Part shown: positions 40,038-49,827 of the stretch, in pieces
Position numbering within the stretch: the first letter of the stretch is position 1
Layout: each line of letters opens with the position of its first letter
NCBI GenBank assembly: GCA_016870095.1
Contig: VGCI01000003.1
Coordinates: 78,607 to 142,606 of the forward strand
Length of the DNA stretch: 64,000 bases
Reading direction: 5' to 3'
From: Alphaproteobacteria bacterium
Lineage (GTDB): Bacteria; Pseudomonadota; Alphaproteobacteria; Paracaedibacterales; VGCI01
Made by a program: the position numbers and the translations under genes
The notes under the pieces: model-generated
The model's database searches: none
What the model saw: the letters and a program-made list of their open reading frames with translations, nothing else
What the model was told of the DNA's origin: nothing

Positions 40038-40607
40038 ATGCCAAATATTAAGTACCCCCTTCTTAAAGGTATTCTTGATTTCTGGTTTTCTGCAGAAGTC
40101 GAGCCATTTTGGTTTTCCAAAAATGATGACTTTGATACAACCATCGTGAAACAATATGGCATGTTATATGAAGAAATGGCGGCGGATTATCGAGATAAAA
40201 AACTTGATGAGATTAAAAGTGGCCAAGAAGCGTTGGCCCTTGTTATTCTTTTCGATCAATTTTCCCGCAATATGTTTCGAAATTCCCCCAAAGCATTTGC
40301 AACGGATGACCTAGCCCTTACCATTTCTAAAAGGGCTGTAGAGAGAGGATTTGATAGAGAATTAACATCTCTCGCACATCACAATTTCTTATATATGCCT
40401 TTTATGCACAGTGAAAATTTAGACGACCAAGAGGAAGGAATTCGTCTTTTTTCAGGTTTGCCGGGAAATGAACAAACAGTTTCTTATGCACGTCATCACA
40501 GGGATATTATTGCAAAGTTTGGCCGTTTTCCTCATCGCAATATTGATCTGGGGCGAAAACCTACCCCTGAAGAGGTTGAATTTGGAAAGACTTTTACAGG
40601 CTTTTAA
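40038..40607 (+). CDS. DUF924 family protein
   Basis: ILDFWF...FWF N-terminus, LVILFDQFSRNMFR and MPFMHSE motifs. The ATG at 40038 is preferred over the track start at 40005. Confidence 0.75.
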   Translation: MPNIKYPLLKGILDFWFSAEVEPFWFSKNDDFDTTIVKQYGMLYEEMAADYRDKKLDEIKSGQEALALVILFDQFSRNMFRNSPKAFATDDLALTISKRAVERGFDRELTSLAHHNFLYMPFMHSENLDDQEEGIRLFSGLPGNEQTVSYARHHRDIIAKFGRFPHRNIDLGRKPTPEEVEFGKTFTGF

Positions 40608-40610
40608 TAA

Positions 40611-41993
40611 TCAAGTTGCTGGTGAGGGAGATATTTTTTCTAAGTTTTCTGGATATTCCTGACTTTGCTTAATAAACAAAGAAAGAATGACTGAAATACA
40701 AGTTACAAATAAAATCACGCCAAAGGCGACCTGATAAGTATGAATGGAGTAGGCGCGAATGCCTGCTTCTGTCATTTGTCCTTCCCAAAAATAGTCAAGA
40801 ACTTGTCCTACATATTGTTGAATCATGGCGGCGGCCAGACTGACGATTCCATTTAGAAATCCTGTCATTGTTCCGGCAACTTCTGGTCCCATGATTGTGC
40901 AAGCGGCAATGAAACACAAAATTTCAGCTCCTGTACAAATTCCAACTGAAAATAAAATAGTATTGCCGAGCCAAATAGGAATATTTGGGACAAATACAAT
41001 ATAGGCTAGAAGCGCAACTATACCAACGCCCCCAAGAATGATTGCCTGCTTTACAGAGCCCAAAAGACGACTTATCCAAGCAAATAAGGGGCAGCCACAG
41101 GCTGTTCCAAAATAAATATAGGATACCATTTGTGCGGCCTCTTGCCGGTTAATATCAAATTTTTCCTCCATGAAGGAAACACCCCATAAATCTGCGACGA
41201 CAGCGATGGAAAGATACAAACCAATAGCAACAAGAGCAAACAACCATGCCTGACCACTTTTGAATACGGATAACACTGATTGGAATGAGGCGTGTTCTTC
41301 TCCAGGTATAATCTCTTTTGTTTTTTTTGAAGCACGGGGGAGAATAAAGAAATTCAGCAGCAAAACAAGAGATCCAATAGCAGCCAGAATCATTAAACTT
41401 GCTCGCCAGCCTTGACTTTCAATGAGCATGACAAGCGGTCGACCTCCTAAGTAAGCCCCAAAGGTGCCAAATGTGGCTGTTAAGCCCATCATGAGACCTT
41501 TCCGATTATCTGGAAACCATTCATTTACAATCTTACTAACAGAAAGAAATGCGCACGCAGATCCGGTGCCCATCATCATGCGGGCTAGATATCCAAACAG
41601 CAATTGTTCACTGTGAGAAAAGAGAAGCACGCCTGAAACGCACAGAGCAATAGAGGATAAGATCATGCGGCGGGTTCCGTATCGATCAACTAACATCCCC
41701 ACAGGTATTTGCATGAGCGCATAACAATAAAGAGCAAAAGAAGATAAGCTACTGAAGCCGCCGGCGGTCACGTCGAAAGCGATCATCAAATCGTCTTTCA
41801 TGACACTAGGAGATACTCTAATAATGTATTGATACAAGTAGAATAAAACTGCACAAAGCCAAAGGAAATATGCAGAAGGAATTCGCCGCAATAACATAAT
41901 TTTTAAATTCTCTTGGTAAATGATACTTTCTTTTTGATAAGTTGTATTGCTGAAGATTGCAAGATTTTTATATAGCGTCTCAAGAATCGGCAA
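40611..41993 (-). CDS. MFS transporter
   Basis: 12-TM-type profile with MFS motif A (VDRYGTRRMIL). The real start is possibly the ATG at 41897 (MLLRRIPSAYF...); the first 32 codons of the long ORF look like translated spacer. Confidence 0.8.
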   Translation of the reverse strand: MPILETLYKNLAIFSNTTYQKESIIYQENLKIMLLRRIPSAYFLWLCAVLFYLYQYIIRVSPSVMKDDLMIAFDVTAGGFSSLSSFALYCYALMQIPVGMLVDRYGTRRMILSSIALCVSGVLLFSHSEQLLFGYLARMMMGTGSACAFLSVSKIVNEWFPDNRKGLMMGLTATFGTFGAYLGGRPLVMLIESQGWRASLMILAAIGSLVLLLNFFILPRASKKTKEIIPGEEHASFQSVLSVFKSGQAWLFALVAIGLYLSIAVVADLWGVSFMEEKFDINRQEAAQMVSYIYFGTACGCPLFAWISRLLGSVKQAIILGGVGIVALLAYIVFVPNIPIWLGNTILFSVGICTGAEILCFIAACTIMGPEVAGTMTGFLNGIVSLAAAMIQQYVGQVLDYFWEGQMTEAGIRAYSIHTYQVAFGVILFVTCISVILSLFIKQSQEYPENLEKISPSPAT

Positions 41994-42154
41994 TCAAATT
42001 AAGTCCTAATAATTTTATAAGGTATAGCCTCTTTCACTAAAACAGCAAAGGCAGAAAACCATAGATATACTCGGATCAAGGTGTTAATTCAATTGCAACT
42101 TAGCTCTTCATCCATTAGAAGTTGATATAATATTTGTTTAACTGAGTAAAAATT

Positions 42155-43255
42155 ATGGGATTTAATTGTGGAATTGTGGGGCTTCCGAATGTTGGAAAGT
42201 CCACTCTATTTAATGCACTAACAGCAACGGCAGCAGCTGAGGCTGCGAATTACCCTTTTTGTACGATTGAACCCAACATAGGTCGTGTGGGGGTACCGGA
42301 TTCGCGGTTAGATAAGCTTGCCCTTATGGCCGGTTCGCAAAAGGTCATTCCAACTCAATTAGAGATTGTTGACATCGCTGGACTTGTGAGGGGAGCTAGC
42401 AAAGGCGAAGGATTGGGCAATCAATTCTTGGGTCATATCCGGAGTGTCGACGCGGTTATTCATGTTTTAAGATGCTTTGAAAATGATGATATTACCCATG
42501 TAGATGGTAGTGTTGATCCCATACGGGATTTGACAACCATAGAAACAGAATTAATGCTTGCTGATTTGGAAAGTTTAGAGCGACGGATGCAAGCTGGAGC
42601 CAAAAAGGCCAAAGGGGGGGATCTGGAAGCTAAAGCTCTCTTAGCGTTAATGGAGCAAGCGAAAAATCATTTGGAGCAAGGGAAACCTGCAAAAACAATG
42701 GTTGTTTCTAAAGAAGACGCGGATCTCTTTCAGCAAATTCAGCTTTTATCGGCTAAGCCAATGCTATACGTATGTAATGTATCTGAAGGCGAAGCCAGTA
42801 CCGGCAATGAATGGACAGCAAAAGTGGACGACTATGCAAAGAATCATGACGCACGGGCTGTTGTGATATCTGCTGCCATAGAGTCTGAAGTCGCTGGGTT
42901 AGATAACGAACAGGATCAACGAGAATTCCTTCAGTCTCTTGGTTTAAAAGAAACAGGCTTAAAGCGCGTCATTCACGAGGGATATGGTTTGCTAAATCTC
43001 TTAACATTTTTCACTGTTGGTCCGAAAGAAGCTCGAGCGTGGACTACCCATCAAGGGTCCAAAGCTCCCCAAGCAGCAGGCGTCATACATACAGATTTTG
43101 AGCGTGGATTTATTTGTGCAGAGACAATTTCTTATGAAGATTATGTTGCATGTGAAGGGGAAGCGGGCGCAAAAGCGGCCGGTAAATTGCGTCTTGAGGG
43201 GCGTGACTATTTGGTAAAAGATGGGGATGTATTTCACTTTCGTTTTAATGTTTAG
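42155..43255 (+). CDS. ychF: Redox-regulated ATPase YchF
   Basis: MGFNCGIVGLPNVGKSTLFNALT P-loop. 366 aa with a C-terminal TGS-like region (IHTDFERGFI). Confidence 0.95.
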   Translation: MGFNCGIVGLPNVGKSTLFNALTATAAAEAANYPFCTIEPNIGRVGVPDSRLDKLALMAGSQKVIPTQLEIVDIAGLVRGASKGEGLGNQFLGHIRSVDAVIHVLRCFENDDITHVDGSVDPIRDLTTIETELMLADLESLERRMQAGAKKAKGGDLEAKALLALMEQAKNHLEQGKPAKTMVVSKEDADLFQQIQLLSAKPMLYVCNVSEGEASTGNEWTAKVDDYAKNHDARAVVISAAIESEVAGLDNEQDQREFLQSLGLKETGLKRVIHEGYGLLNLLTFFTVGPKEARAWTTHQGSKAPQAAGVIHTDFERGFICAETISYEDYVACEGEAGAKAAGKLRLEGRDYLVKDGDVFHFRFNV

Positions 43256-43304
43256 CCTTGCCGGTAATTAAATACAAACTCAAGGCATATAAGGTTATAG
43301 TAAT

Positions 43305-44519
43305 ATGAAAAGCATTCTTCTTCCTCGACGAAGACTTTTGGCAGTATTAATAATGTTAGCCGTTGCCTTAATGGTCTCGAGTATGGATATTTTCTTGCCC
43401 GCGTTGCCAATGATGCGTGATTATTTTGGTACAACAGAATACCTCATGCAACTCAGTTTGATGATTAGCCCGCTTGCAAGCGCCCTCGTAGCTCTTATTT
43501 TTGGGCGCATATCTGACATTTATGGTCGTCGACCGATTCTCTTTGCTTCTTTTGCTTTCTTCTTAATTGGCGGTCTTGGATGTTGTTTTGCCCATACAAT
43601 GGAATCCTTTATGGTTAGTCGTTTTATTCAAGCCATTGGGTGTGGGGGCTTAAGTGTTGTTGGTGTTGTAATCATTGCAGATATGTTTCATGGTATCGAT
43701 TATGCAAGATATATGAGTATATATGGGTCTTTATTTCCGCTCGTGTTCGCAATTTCACCTATACTTGGAGCTCATATAACAGAGCATTTTGGTTGGCGAT
43801 TCTGTTTTATCCTAAACTTTTTGTCCATGTTGATCGTTACCCTATTTCTTCGTGCTCTTTTGCCGGAAACAATAAAAAAGGGTGCCCATGCCAATCAGGG
43901 TGGATTTCGAGAATTACTTGAAAAAACGACGATGCTTCTCACGAGTGCTGAATATTTGTTGATGGTTCTAGGGCACGCGCTTCCTATCACCCTCACAGGA
44001 TTATTTTTGGCAAACGGCTCTTTCATTTTTATTGATGGTTTTGGATATACGCCCACTCTATTTTCCCTATACCAAGCTGTCCCTATTACTCTCAATTTTT
44101 TATCCTCATTACTCTATCGACGGTACATTGGCCGTTTAGGATTGAAGGGTGCCTTGCGGGTGGGTGCAGTAGGAATGTTTGGATTTGTCCTAGGTTCCTT
44201 AGCTTTGGTCACGCATCAAGTCCCCAGTACAGCTATAATAATTCTTGCCATTTTCTGTTTAAGTAATATAGCCATGCCTTTTGTGGTTGCGACTTGTGCG
44301 ACGCGTGCTATAGAAATTTTTCCCGATGATCGGGGTTTGTCGGTATCCATTATGGCCATGGTGAGAAACATATTTCTAGCCGTGATTGTGAGCACAGCAG
44401 GACTTTTCTTTAATGGCACAATTTTACCGGTATATATTGCAATGATGTTGGTCGTTATCGTGGTGCTGGGTATTGTCTTCTTAGCATTACAGCGTCCTCT
44501 CGTTTTTGCAGGGGAGTGA
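43305..44519 (+). CDS. MFS transporter (Bcr/CflA drug-resistance subfamily-like)
   Basis: 12-TM profile with motif A GRISDIYGRRPIL. Confidence 0.8.
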   Translation: MKSILLPRRRLLAVLIMLAVALMVSSMDIFLPALPMMRDYFGTTEYLMQLSLMISPLASALVALIFGRISDIYGRRPILFASFAFFLIGGLGCCFAHTMESFMVSRFIQAIGCGGLSVVGVVIIADMFHGIDYARYMSIYGSLFPLVFAISPILGAHITEHFGWRFCFILNFLSMLIVTLFLRALLPETIKKGAHANQGGFRELLEKTTMLLTSAEYLLMVLGHALPITLTGLFLANGSFIFIDGFGYTPTLFSLYQAVPITLNFLSSLLYRRYIGRLGLKGALRVGAVGMFGFVLGSLALVTHQVPSTAIIILAIFCLSNIAMPFVVATCATRAIEIFPDDRGLSVSIMAMVRNIFLAVIVSTAGLFFNGTILPVYIAMMLVVIVVLGIVFLALQRPLVFAGE

Positions 44520-44525
44520 GAGTCT

Positions 44526-44993
44526 ATGGAATCTATTTCGCTTCTTCCCCCTGAAAACTTTCACCCTAAGATTGAGGTTGCGGGTTGTTATTGTGAATAC
44601 GAGAACAAAATTCTTCTGTTAAAGCGGGCCCCGCATAAACTTCAAGGAATGACATGGGGTATTCCCGGAGGTAAATTAGAGTCGGAGGAAACACCAGTTG
44701 AGGGAGTTATCCGAGAAGTTTTTGAAGAAATTGGGCTGAAAATTGATGCAAATAAATTAAGTGAAATTGATACATTGTATGTTCGGCGTTCGTCAATTGA
44801 CTATATATTTTATAGGTTTCGAGCCCACCTATCCTCTTTGCCCGTACTTCATTTAAATCTTGAGGAACATGTGGAAGCACGATGGGTTACCCTCGAGGAA
44901 GCTTTAGATTTGCCCCTCATTTATGGGGGTGCAGAAGCATTGGTAAATTATAGGACATTTCTAGAGGATAAGGTAAATCTAAAAGGCTCATAA
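44526..44993 (+). CDS. NUDIX hydrolase
   Basis: Nudix box GGKLESEETPVEGVIREVFEEIGL. Confidence 0.82.
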   Translation: MESISLLPPENFHPKIEVAGCYCEYENKILLLKRAPHKLQGMTWGIPGGKLESEETPVEGVIREVFEEIGLKIDANKLSEIDTLYVRRSSIDYIFYRFRAHLSSLPVLHLNLEEHVEARWVTLEEALDLPLIYGGAEALVNYRTFLEDKVNLKGS

Positions 44994-45066
44994 TCGTCCT
45001 TGGCGTATCCTTTACATCAGGCTATAAAAGAGAAGCGTTACACTTCTAATAAAGATTTCTGCAGTC

Positions 45067-48000
45067 ATGACTCCATTCGTTCATTTACGTGTTCATACCG
45101 CTTATTCCCTCGCAGAAGGGGCTATTAAGCTGAAAGATTTGGCCAAGCAGTGTCGCGAATATTCTATGCCTGCTGTGGCAATCACGGATACGGCTAATCT
45201 TTTTGGAGCTCTCGAGTTTTCCATGAGTTGCGCTGAAAATGGTATTCAACCTATTATTGGGTGCCAAATCCATTTGCGCCGATCTTCCCCATCTTCCCCC
45301 GGGAATCAAAAACCTATTGAGCCGGATCAACTTGTTTTGATTGCTCAAAATGAGGAGGGATATCGCAATCTTCTTCATTTGGTTAGTGATTCTTATTTAT
45401 CAGCGGCAAGTGGTGAATTACCTCAAATGACTCTTGAAGCTTTAAAAGAGCGAAGTGCGGGGTTAATAACTTTAACAGGGGGGCCAGCCGGTCCTATTGG
45501 TCGTTTGATTGCAGAAGGTCAACGAAGCGCTGCGGAAGAACTTCTTCTCACCTTAAAAGCCATTTTTCCCAATCATCTCTATGTTGAAATTATGCGACAT
45601 GGATTAGCAATTGAAGATCAAATTGAGCCTATACTGGTTGATTTAGCCTATCAACATGATCTTCCTTTGGTAGCGACCAATGAGGTTTTTTTTAAAGACC
45701 CCGATATGTATGAAGCGCACGACGCTCTTTTGTGTATTGCAGAAGGTAGATATTTGAATCAAGATGATCGCCGACGCGTAACGCCTCATCATTTTTTCAA
45801 GACTGCCCAAGAAATGATAGAGATATTTTCAGACTTGCCTGAAGCCATTCACAATACAGTGGTAATTGCAAAGCGCTGTTCCTATATGCCTATCCCGCGT
45901 CATCCTATTTTACCACCCTATCCGACGGAATCGGGGCGTTCTGAAGGTGAGGAGCTCCGCGATATGGCAGAAAAAGGCTTACACGGGCGCTTGGAGCGTC
46001 AAGTCTATGATTTGACAGATTCTGCTGAAACCAAAATCGAGAAGCGTCAAATTTACTTGGATCGCCTAAACTATGAAATCAATGTCATTGAGAAAATGGG
46101 ATTTCCCGGGTACTTCCTTGTCGTTGCAGATTTTATACAATGGGCAAAAAGTCAAGGTATACCTGTTGGTCCTGGTCGTGGGTCGGGTGCGGGCTCTTTG
46201 GTAGCGTGGGCTTTGACAATTACGGATATAGATCCCATTCGATTTGGATTATTGTTTGAGCGTTTCTTGAATCCAGAACGCGTTTCTATGCCTGACTTTG
46301 ATATCGATTTTTGCCAAGAACGTCGCGATGAAGTGATTACTTACGTTCGTCGCAAATATGGCGACGATCGTGTTGCTCACATTATCACTTTTGGAAAGAT
46401 GCAAGCCAAAATGGTTCTGCGAGACGTGGGACGTGTGCTCCAACTCCCCTATGGTCAGATTGACAGAATTTCTAAGCTTGTCCCCAACAATCCAGCCAAT
46501 CCAGTAACGCTAGAGCAAGCCCTGGAAATGGAACCTTTATTGCGAGAAGCTCGTGATACAGATCCCGCAGTTGCAACGATGATGGATATGGGCATGAAGC
46601 TGGAAGGTTTATATCGTCATGCTTCAACCCATGCTGCAGGCGTCGTGATCGGAGATCGTCCCTTAGCTGACTTGGTGCCGCTTTATAAAGATGAAGGATC
46701 TATATTGCCGGCAACTCAATTCAGCATGAAATATGTGGAATTAGCGGGTTTATTAAAATTCGACTTTTTGGGTTTAAAAACATTAACAATTATTGAAAAT
46801 TGTTGTCAGCGTCTGAAGACAAATGGAATTTCGATTGATATTGCTCAAATTCCCCTTGATGATCCTAAGACTTTTGAACTTCTTCAAAAGGTTGAAACAG
46901 TTGGTGTTTTCCAAGTTGAAGGTGCGGGCATGCGGGACGTGCTGCGCAAGCTTCGACCCGATCGCTTTGAAGACTTAATTGCTTTGGTCGCTCTTTATCG
47001 TCCAGGCCCTATGGATGATATCCCCCGATATCTGGCTTGTAAACATGGTGAAGAGAAAGTGACCTATCTTCACCCCCAATTGCAGTCCATACTGGAGCCA
47101 ACATATGGGGTTATGGTTTATCAAGAACAGGTTATGCAAATTGCTCAAGTTTTAGGTGGATATACATTGGGTGCCGCAGATCTATTGCGTCGAGCCATGG
47201 GAAAGAAAATTAAGTCAGAAATGAATGCCCAGCGTGCTCAGTTTGTTGAAGGGGCAATTAAAAATGGTTTGATACCTGATATTGCCAGTCAAATTTTTGA
47301 TCAAATGGCCAAGTTTGCCGGATATGGTTTTAACAAATCCCACTCTGCCCCTTATGCTCTATTGACTTATCAAACCGCCTATTTAAAAGCGAACCATCCT
47401 CTGGAATTTTTTGCAGCATCCATGACATATGATGTGAATAATACCGATAAACTAAATGTATTTCGTCAAGATATGGACCGATTAAAAATTGCTCTACTGC
47501 CCCCAGATATGAACGCTTCAGAAGTTTCGTTTTGTGTTGAAGGCAATGGCATTCGCTATGCATTAGCGGCTATTAAGGGTGTTGGTGAAGCGGGAATGAA
47601 AATAGTTCGACACGATCGTCAACTTCACGGACCTTTTAAAAGTTTGCTAGAATTTGCCCAGCGAATCGGCACGTGTGGAGCCAGTAGCGCGTTAAACAAG
47701 CGTCAATTGGAAAATCTTGTTTCCGCGGGAGCGTTCGATGGGTTAAATGCCAATCGCAAGCAAACCCATGGTGCAATTGAGAGCATGTTGAGACAGGCGG
47801 CACTTTCAGCTCAAGAAAAACAGAGCCAACAACATAGTTTGTTTGGATTTTCGGCATCTCAAAACCATCAAACTCTTTTGCTTCCTCCCATGAATGATTG
47901 GGGATCTCTTGAAAAATTACAGAATGAGTTTGACGCTCTCGGATTTTTCCTCTCCGCTCATCCTTTGGATATTTATGGATCTTCTCTGGCACGTCTCGGG

Positions 48001-48540
48001 GTGACGTCTAGCGAAACTGTAAAGGAAATGGGAGATGGGGCCACAGTAAAGTTGGCAGGAATTGTATTGGTCAAGCAAGAGCGAACTTCCAAAACCGGTC
48101 AAAAATTTGCTTTTGTAAAACTGTCTGATGCCCAAGGGGTTTTTGAAGTTGCCGTATTTTCAGAAGTCTACAGTCGCAGCCGGGATCTTTTAGAGCCAGG
48201 AAAGCCTTTGCTGGTGAGTGCAATTTTAAAGCAAGAATCGGAAGGTCCGGGAGGTGAGAGAAACTTTCGCTTAACAGGCCAGGGCGTGCAACTTTTAGAT
48301 GAAGCGATGCAATCTTTGACAAAAATGATTAGGGTGCGCGTGAATGAAACGGCAAAAGCCGATGATTTACGTCAAATATTTAAAAGTGCTCCTGCCGGTA
48401 ATGCCCGTGTGAGTATTGAAGTGATTTTTACCTCGACGCCGACCATTCAAATATTGTTGCCTGATAGTTACCACATCCATGCAGAAACACGCTCTCAGCT
48501 TTTGGGAGTGCCAGGCATTATAGGGATTGAGGATTTATAA
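45067..48540 (+). CDS. dnaE: DNA polymerase III subunit alpha
   Basis: 1157 aa. N-terminal PHP domain (FVHLRVHTAYSLAEGA), polymerase core (GRGSGAGSLVAWALTITDIDP, PDFDIDF) and a C-terminal OB fold. Confidence 0.97.
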   Translation: MTPFVHLRVHTAYSLAEGAIKLKDLAKQCREYSMPAVAITDTANLFGALEFSMSCAENGIQPIIGCQIHLRRSSPSSPGNQKPIEPDQLVLIAQNEEGYRNLLHLVSDSYLSAASGELPQMTLEALKERSAGLITLTGGPAGPIGRLIAEGQRSAAEELLLTLKAIFPNHLYVEIMRHGLAIEDQIEPILVDLAYQHDLPLVATNEVFFKDPDMYEAHDALLCIAEGRYLNQDDRRRVTPHHFFKTAQEMIEIFSDLPEAIHNTVVIAKRCSYMPIPRHPILPPYPTESGRSEGEELRDMAEKGLHGRLERQVYDLTDSAETKIEKRQIYLDRLNYEINVIEKMGFPGYFLVVADFIQWAKSQGIPVGPGRGSGAGSLVAWALTITDIDPIRFGLLFERFLNPERVSMPDFDIDFCQERRDEVITYVRRKYGDDRVAHIITFGKMQAKMVLRDVGRVLQLPYGQIDRISKLVPNNPANPVTLEQALEMEPLLREARDTDPAVATMMDMGMKLEGLYRHASTHAAGVVIGDRPLADLVPLYKDEGSILPATQFSMKYVELAGLLKFDFLGLKTLTIIENCCQRLKTNGISIDIAQIPLDDPKTFELLQKVETVGVFQVEGAGMRDVLRKLRPDRFEDLIALVALYRPGPMDDIPRYLACKHGEEKVTYLHPQLQSILEPTYGVMVYQEQVMQIAQVLGGYTLGAADLLRRAMGKKIKSEMNAQRAQFVEGAIKNGLIPDIASQIFDQMAKFAGYGFNKSHSAPYALLTYQTAYLKANHPLEFFAASMTYDVNNTDKLNVFRQDMDRLKIALLPPDMNASEVSFCVEGNGIRYALAAIKGVGEAGMKIVRHDRQLHGPFKSLLEFAQRIGTCGASSALNKRQLENLVSAGAFDGLNANRKQTHGAIESMLRQAALSAQEKQSQQHSLFGFSASQNHQTLLLPPMNDWGSLEKLQNEFDALGFFLSAHPLDIYGSSLARLGVTSSETVKEMGDGATVKLAGIVLVKQERTSKTGQKFAFVKLSDAQGVFEVAVFSEVYSRSRDLLEPGKPLLVSAILKQESEGPGGERNFRLTGQGVQLLDEAMQSLTKMIRVRVNETAKADDLRQIFKSAPAGNARVSIEVIFTSTPTIQILLPDSYHIHAETRSQLLGVPGIIGIEDL

Positions 48541-48544
48541 ATAT

Positions 48545-48570
48545 AAAAAACCCCTCTCGAAAGAGAGGGG
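48545..48570 (-). terminator. Rho-independent terminator of the WCA-protein gene
   Basis: Stem CCCCTCTC (48551..48558), loop GAAA, stem GAGAGGGG (48563..48570). On the minus strand it is followed by a T6 run (A-run 48545..48550 on plus). On the plus strand the trailing sequence CTCATTT is only weakly U-rich, so a role in dnaE termination is uncertain. Confidence 0.75.
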
Positions 48571-48597
48571 CTCATTTAATCTATAAAATTTTTATTT

Positions 48598-49827
48598 TTA
48601 TTTCCAATCATCATCATCAGTTTTAGGGGTTTCTTTTGATTCGATCTTTCCTATAATAGCACCCCTCCTTTGAGACAGGGCTTTAGATAATACGCTTTGC
48701 ACTGTATTAGAATTATCGCCTTGATGTGTCTCTTTACTGTCGGGATGAGGCACGGTATTATCTACTTTCTTAAGCACTTTTCCACCTTGAATTTGAGCTA
48801 ACAGGTTCCCACGAGGGGTAGGTTGAGTTAAAGGTTGCGAGGTAGCAGAATTTTTATCACTCGCGGGCGGTGGGGGGGCTGCAGGTATATCAGATGCCGT
48901 TGAGGGGGCATTGTTGGTCATGCTTTTTGCAGGAAGCTGAGTCGTTCTGAGTTTCTTTGCTTGGATCTGATCCAATAATGGATTGGGTGCCCGTGTTTCT
49001 TCCACCGGTGAGACAGGATCGGTGGAATGTTCAGTGGATGAAGAAGCAGGTATTGACTCATTGAGGGCTGTATTAGGAGGATTGTTTGGTGTTCGATGTT
49101 GCCCCAATTTGGGGGTAGAAGCATCACTTCCAAGGGCGGTTGATGAATGACCTGGAGCTGCGCGTACAAACCCTCCGTCTTTACCGGCAGGAGATAATGA
49201 CTTAGAATCTGAAGACGCTTCTACCGCATTAGACAGACCTAATCGCTCCTTTTCTTTGGTAGTTAGCACATTGAGAAGCTGCTTTTCTTTATCACTCAGC
49301 TTCGTTGGGTCGATACCCGCAGGCACCAAATTGGATGTTGGGACAACACTTCGTGAAGTGGGTGTCATTTCACAATTTTTCATCTGTTTCGCAACTAAAT
49401 CTGCTTTATCCGTCAAAGTTTTGCTTTTTTTCTGGTAGTCATTTAAATACTTTTTCCCACGGGAGTCCGTTGCTTTTTCAAACCGTGTAATATTCTCTTG
49501 GTTATCTTTAATTGCAGTCTCATAACCCATTTTTTCGTCTTCCAATATCTTTTGTAAATTTGCTTTGTTTGTTGGGTTTAAATTCTTACAAAATGCAAGA
49601 AGAGCATCTTTAATTTTTGTGTTATCGCAGTTTGCGGCACAATCATTCACATTTTTTTGAAAATCTTTAGAAGATCGATTTGCCAGCACTGTTTTTCCAC
49701 ATTTTAGCTTGCAAGTTGCTACATTCCACGCAGCTTCTGTTTTTTGTGTGCTTAAACATGTAAATGTTAAAGTTCCTAAAACTAAGCTTAAAATCGAAAT
49801 TGTATTGCGCATAGTTACTTTTTCCAT
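48598..49827 (-). CDS. Exported eukaryote-like actin nucleation-promoting-factor candidate: signal peptide, twin-CX3C domain, poly-Pro, 2x WH2, C helix and acidic/Trp tail
   Basis: ORF 48598..49845; in-frame Met at residues 1, 4, 7 and 12. I prefer Met7 (49827), which has AGGA 8 nt upstream. Residue numbers are those of the 415-aa track ORF. Signal: ISILSLVLGTLTFTCLSTQKTEA. WH2-1: NPLLDQIQAKKLRTT (aa 288-302). PAAPPPPA: aa 321-328. WH2-2: GNLLAQIQGGKVLKKVD (aa 346-362). C-like helix: VQSVLSKALSQRRGAII. Terminus: TDDDDWK. Confidence 0.7.
   Translation of the reverse strand: MEKVTMRNTISILSLVLGTLTFTCLSTQKTEAAWNVATCKLKCGKTVLANRSSKDFQKNVNDCAANCDNTKIKDALLAFCKNLNPTNKANLQKILEDEKMGYETAIKDNQENITRFEKATDSRGKKYLNDYQKKSKTLTDKADLVAKQMKNCEMTPTSRSVVPTSNLVPAGIDPTKLSDKEKQLLNVLTTKEKERLGLSNAVEASSDSKSLSPAGKDGGFVRAAPGHSSTALGSDASTPKLGQHRTPNNPPNTALNESIPASSSTEHSTDPVSPVEETRAPNPLLDQIQAKKLRTTQLPAKSMTNNAPSTASDIPAAPPPPASDKNSATSQPLTQPTPRGNLLAQIQGGKVLKKVDNTVPHPDSKETHQGDNSNTVQSVLSKALSQRRGAIIGKIESKETPKTDDDDWK

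Noticed and set aside
48545-48570. Hairpin after dnaE, considered as the plus-strand dnaE terminator
   Set aside because: On the plus strand the stem is followed by CTCATTT rather than a U-tract. The T-run lies on the minus-strand side. It is assigned primarily to the minus-strand WH2 gene, although bidirectional function cannot be excluded.
48866-48873. Homopolymeric G/C run inside the WCA gene (encoding PPPP), considered as a possible slipped-strand phase-variation switch
   Set aside because: G7 runs of the same length also occur in core genes: thiolase at about 27235, ychF at about 42614, the DUF3035 gene at about 16124, and the 59758..60717 ORF at about 60522. All are in frame. The run length is short for efficient slippage, so there is no specific evidence for phase variation.
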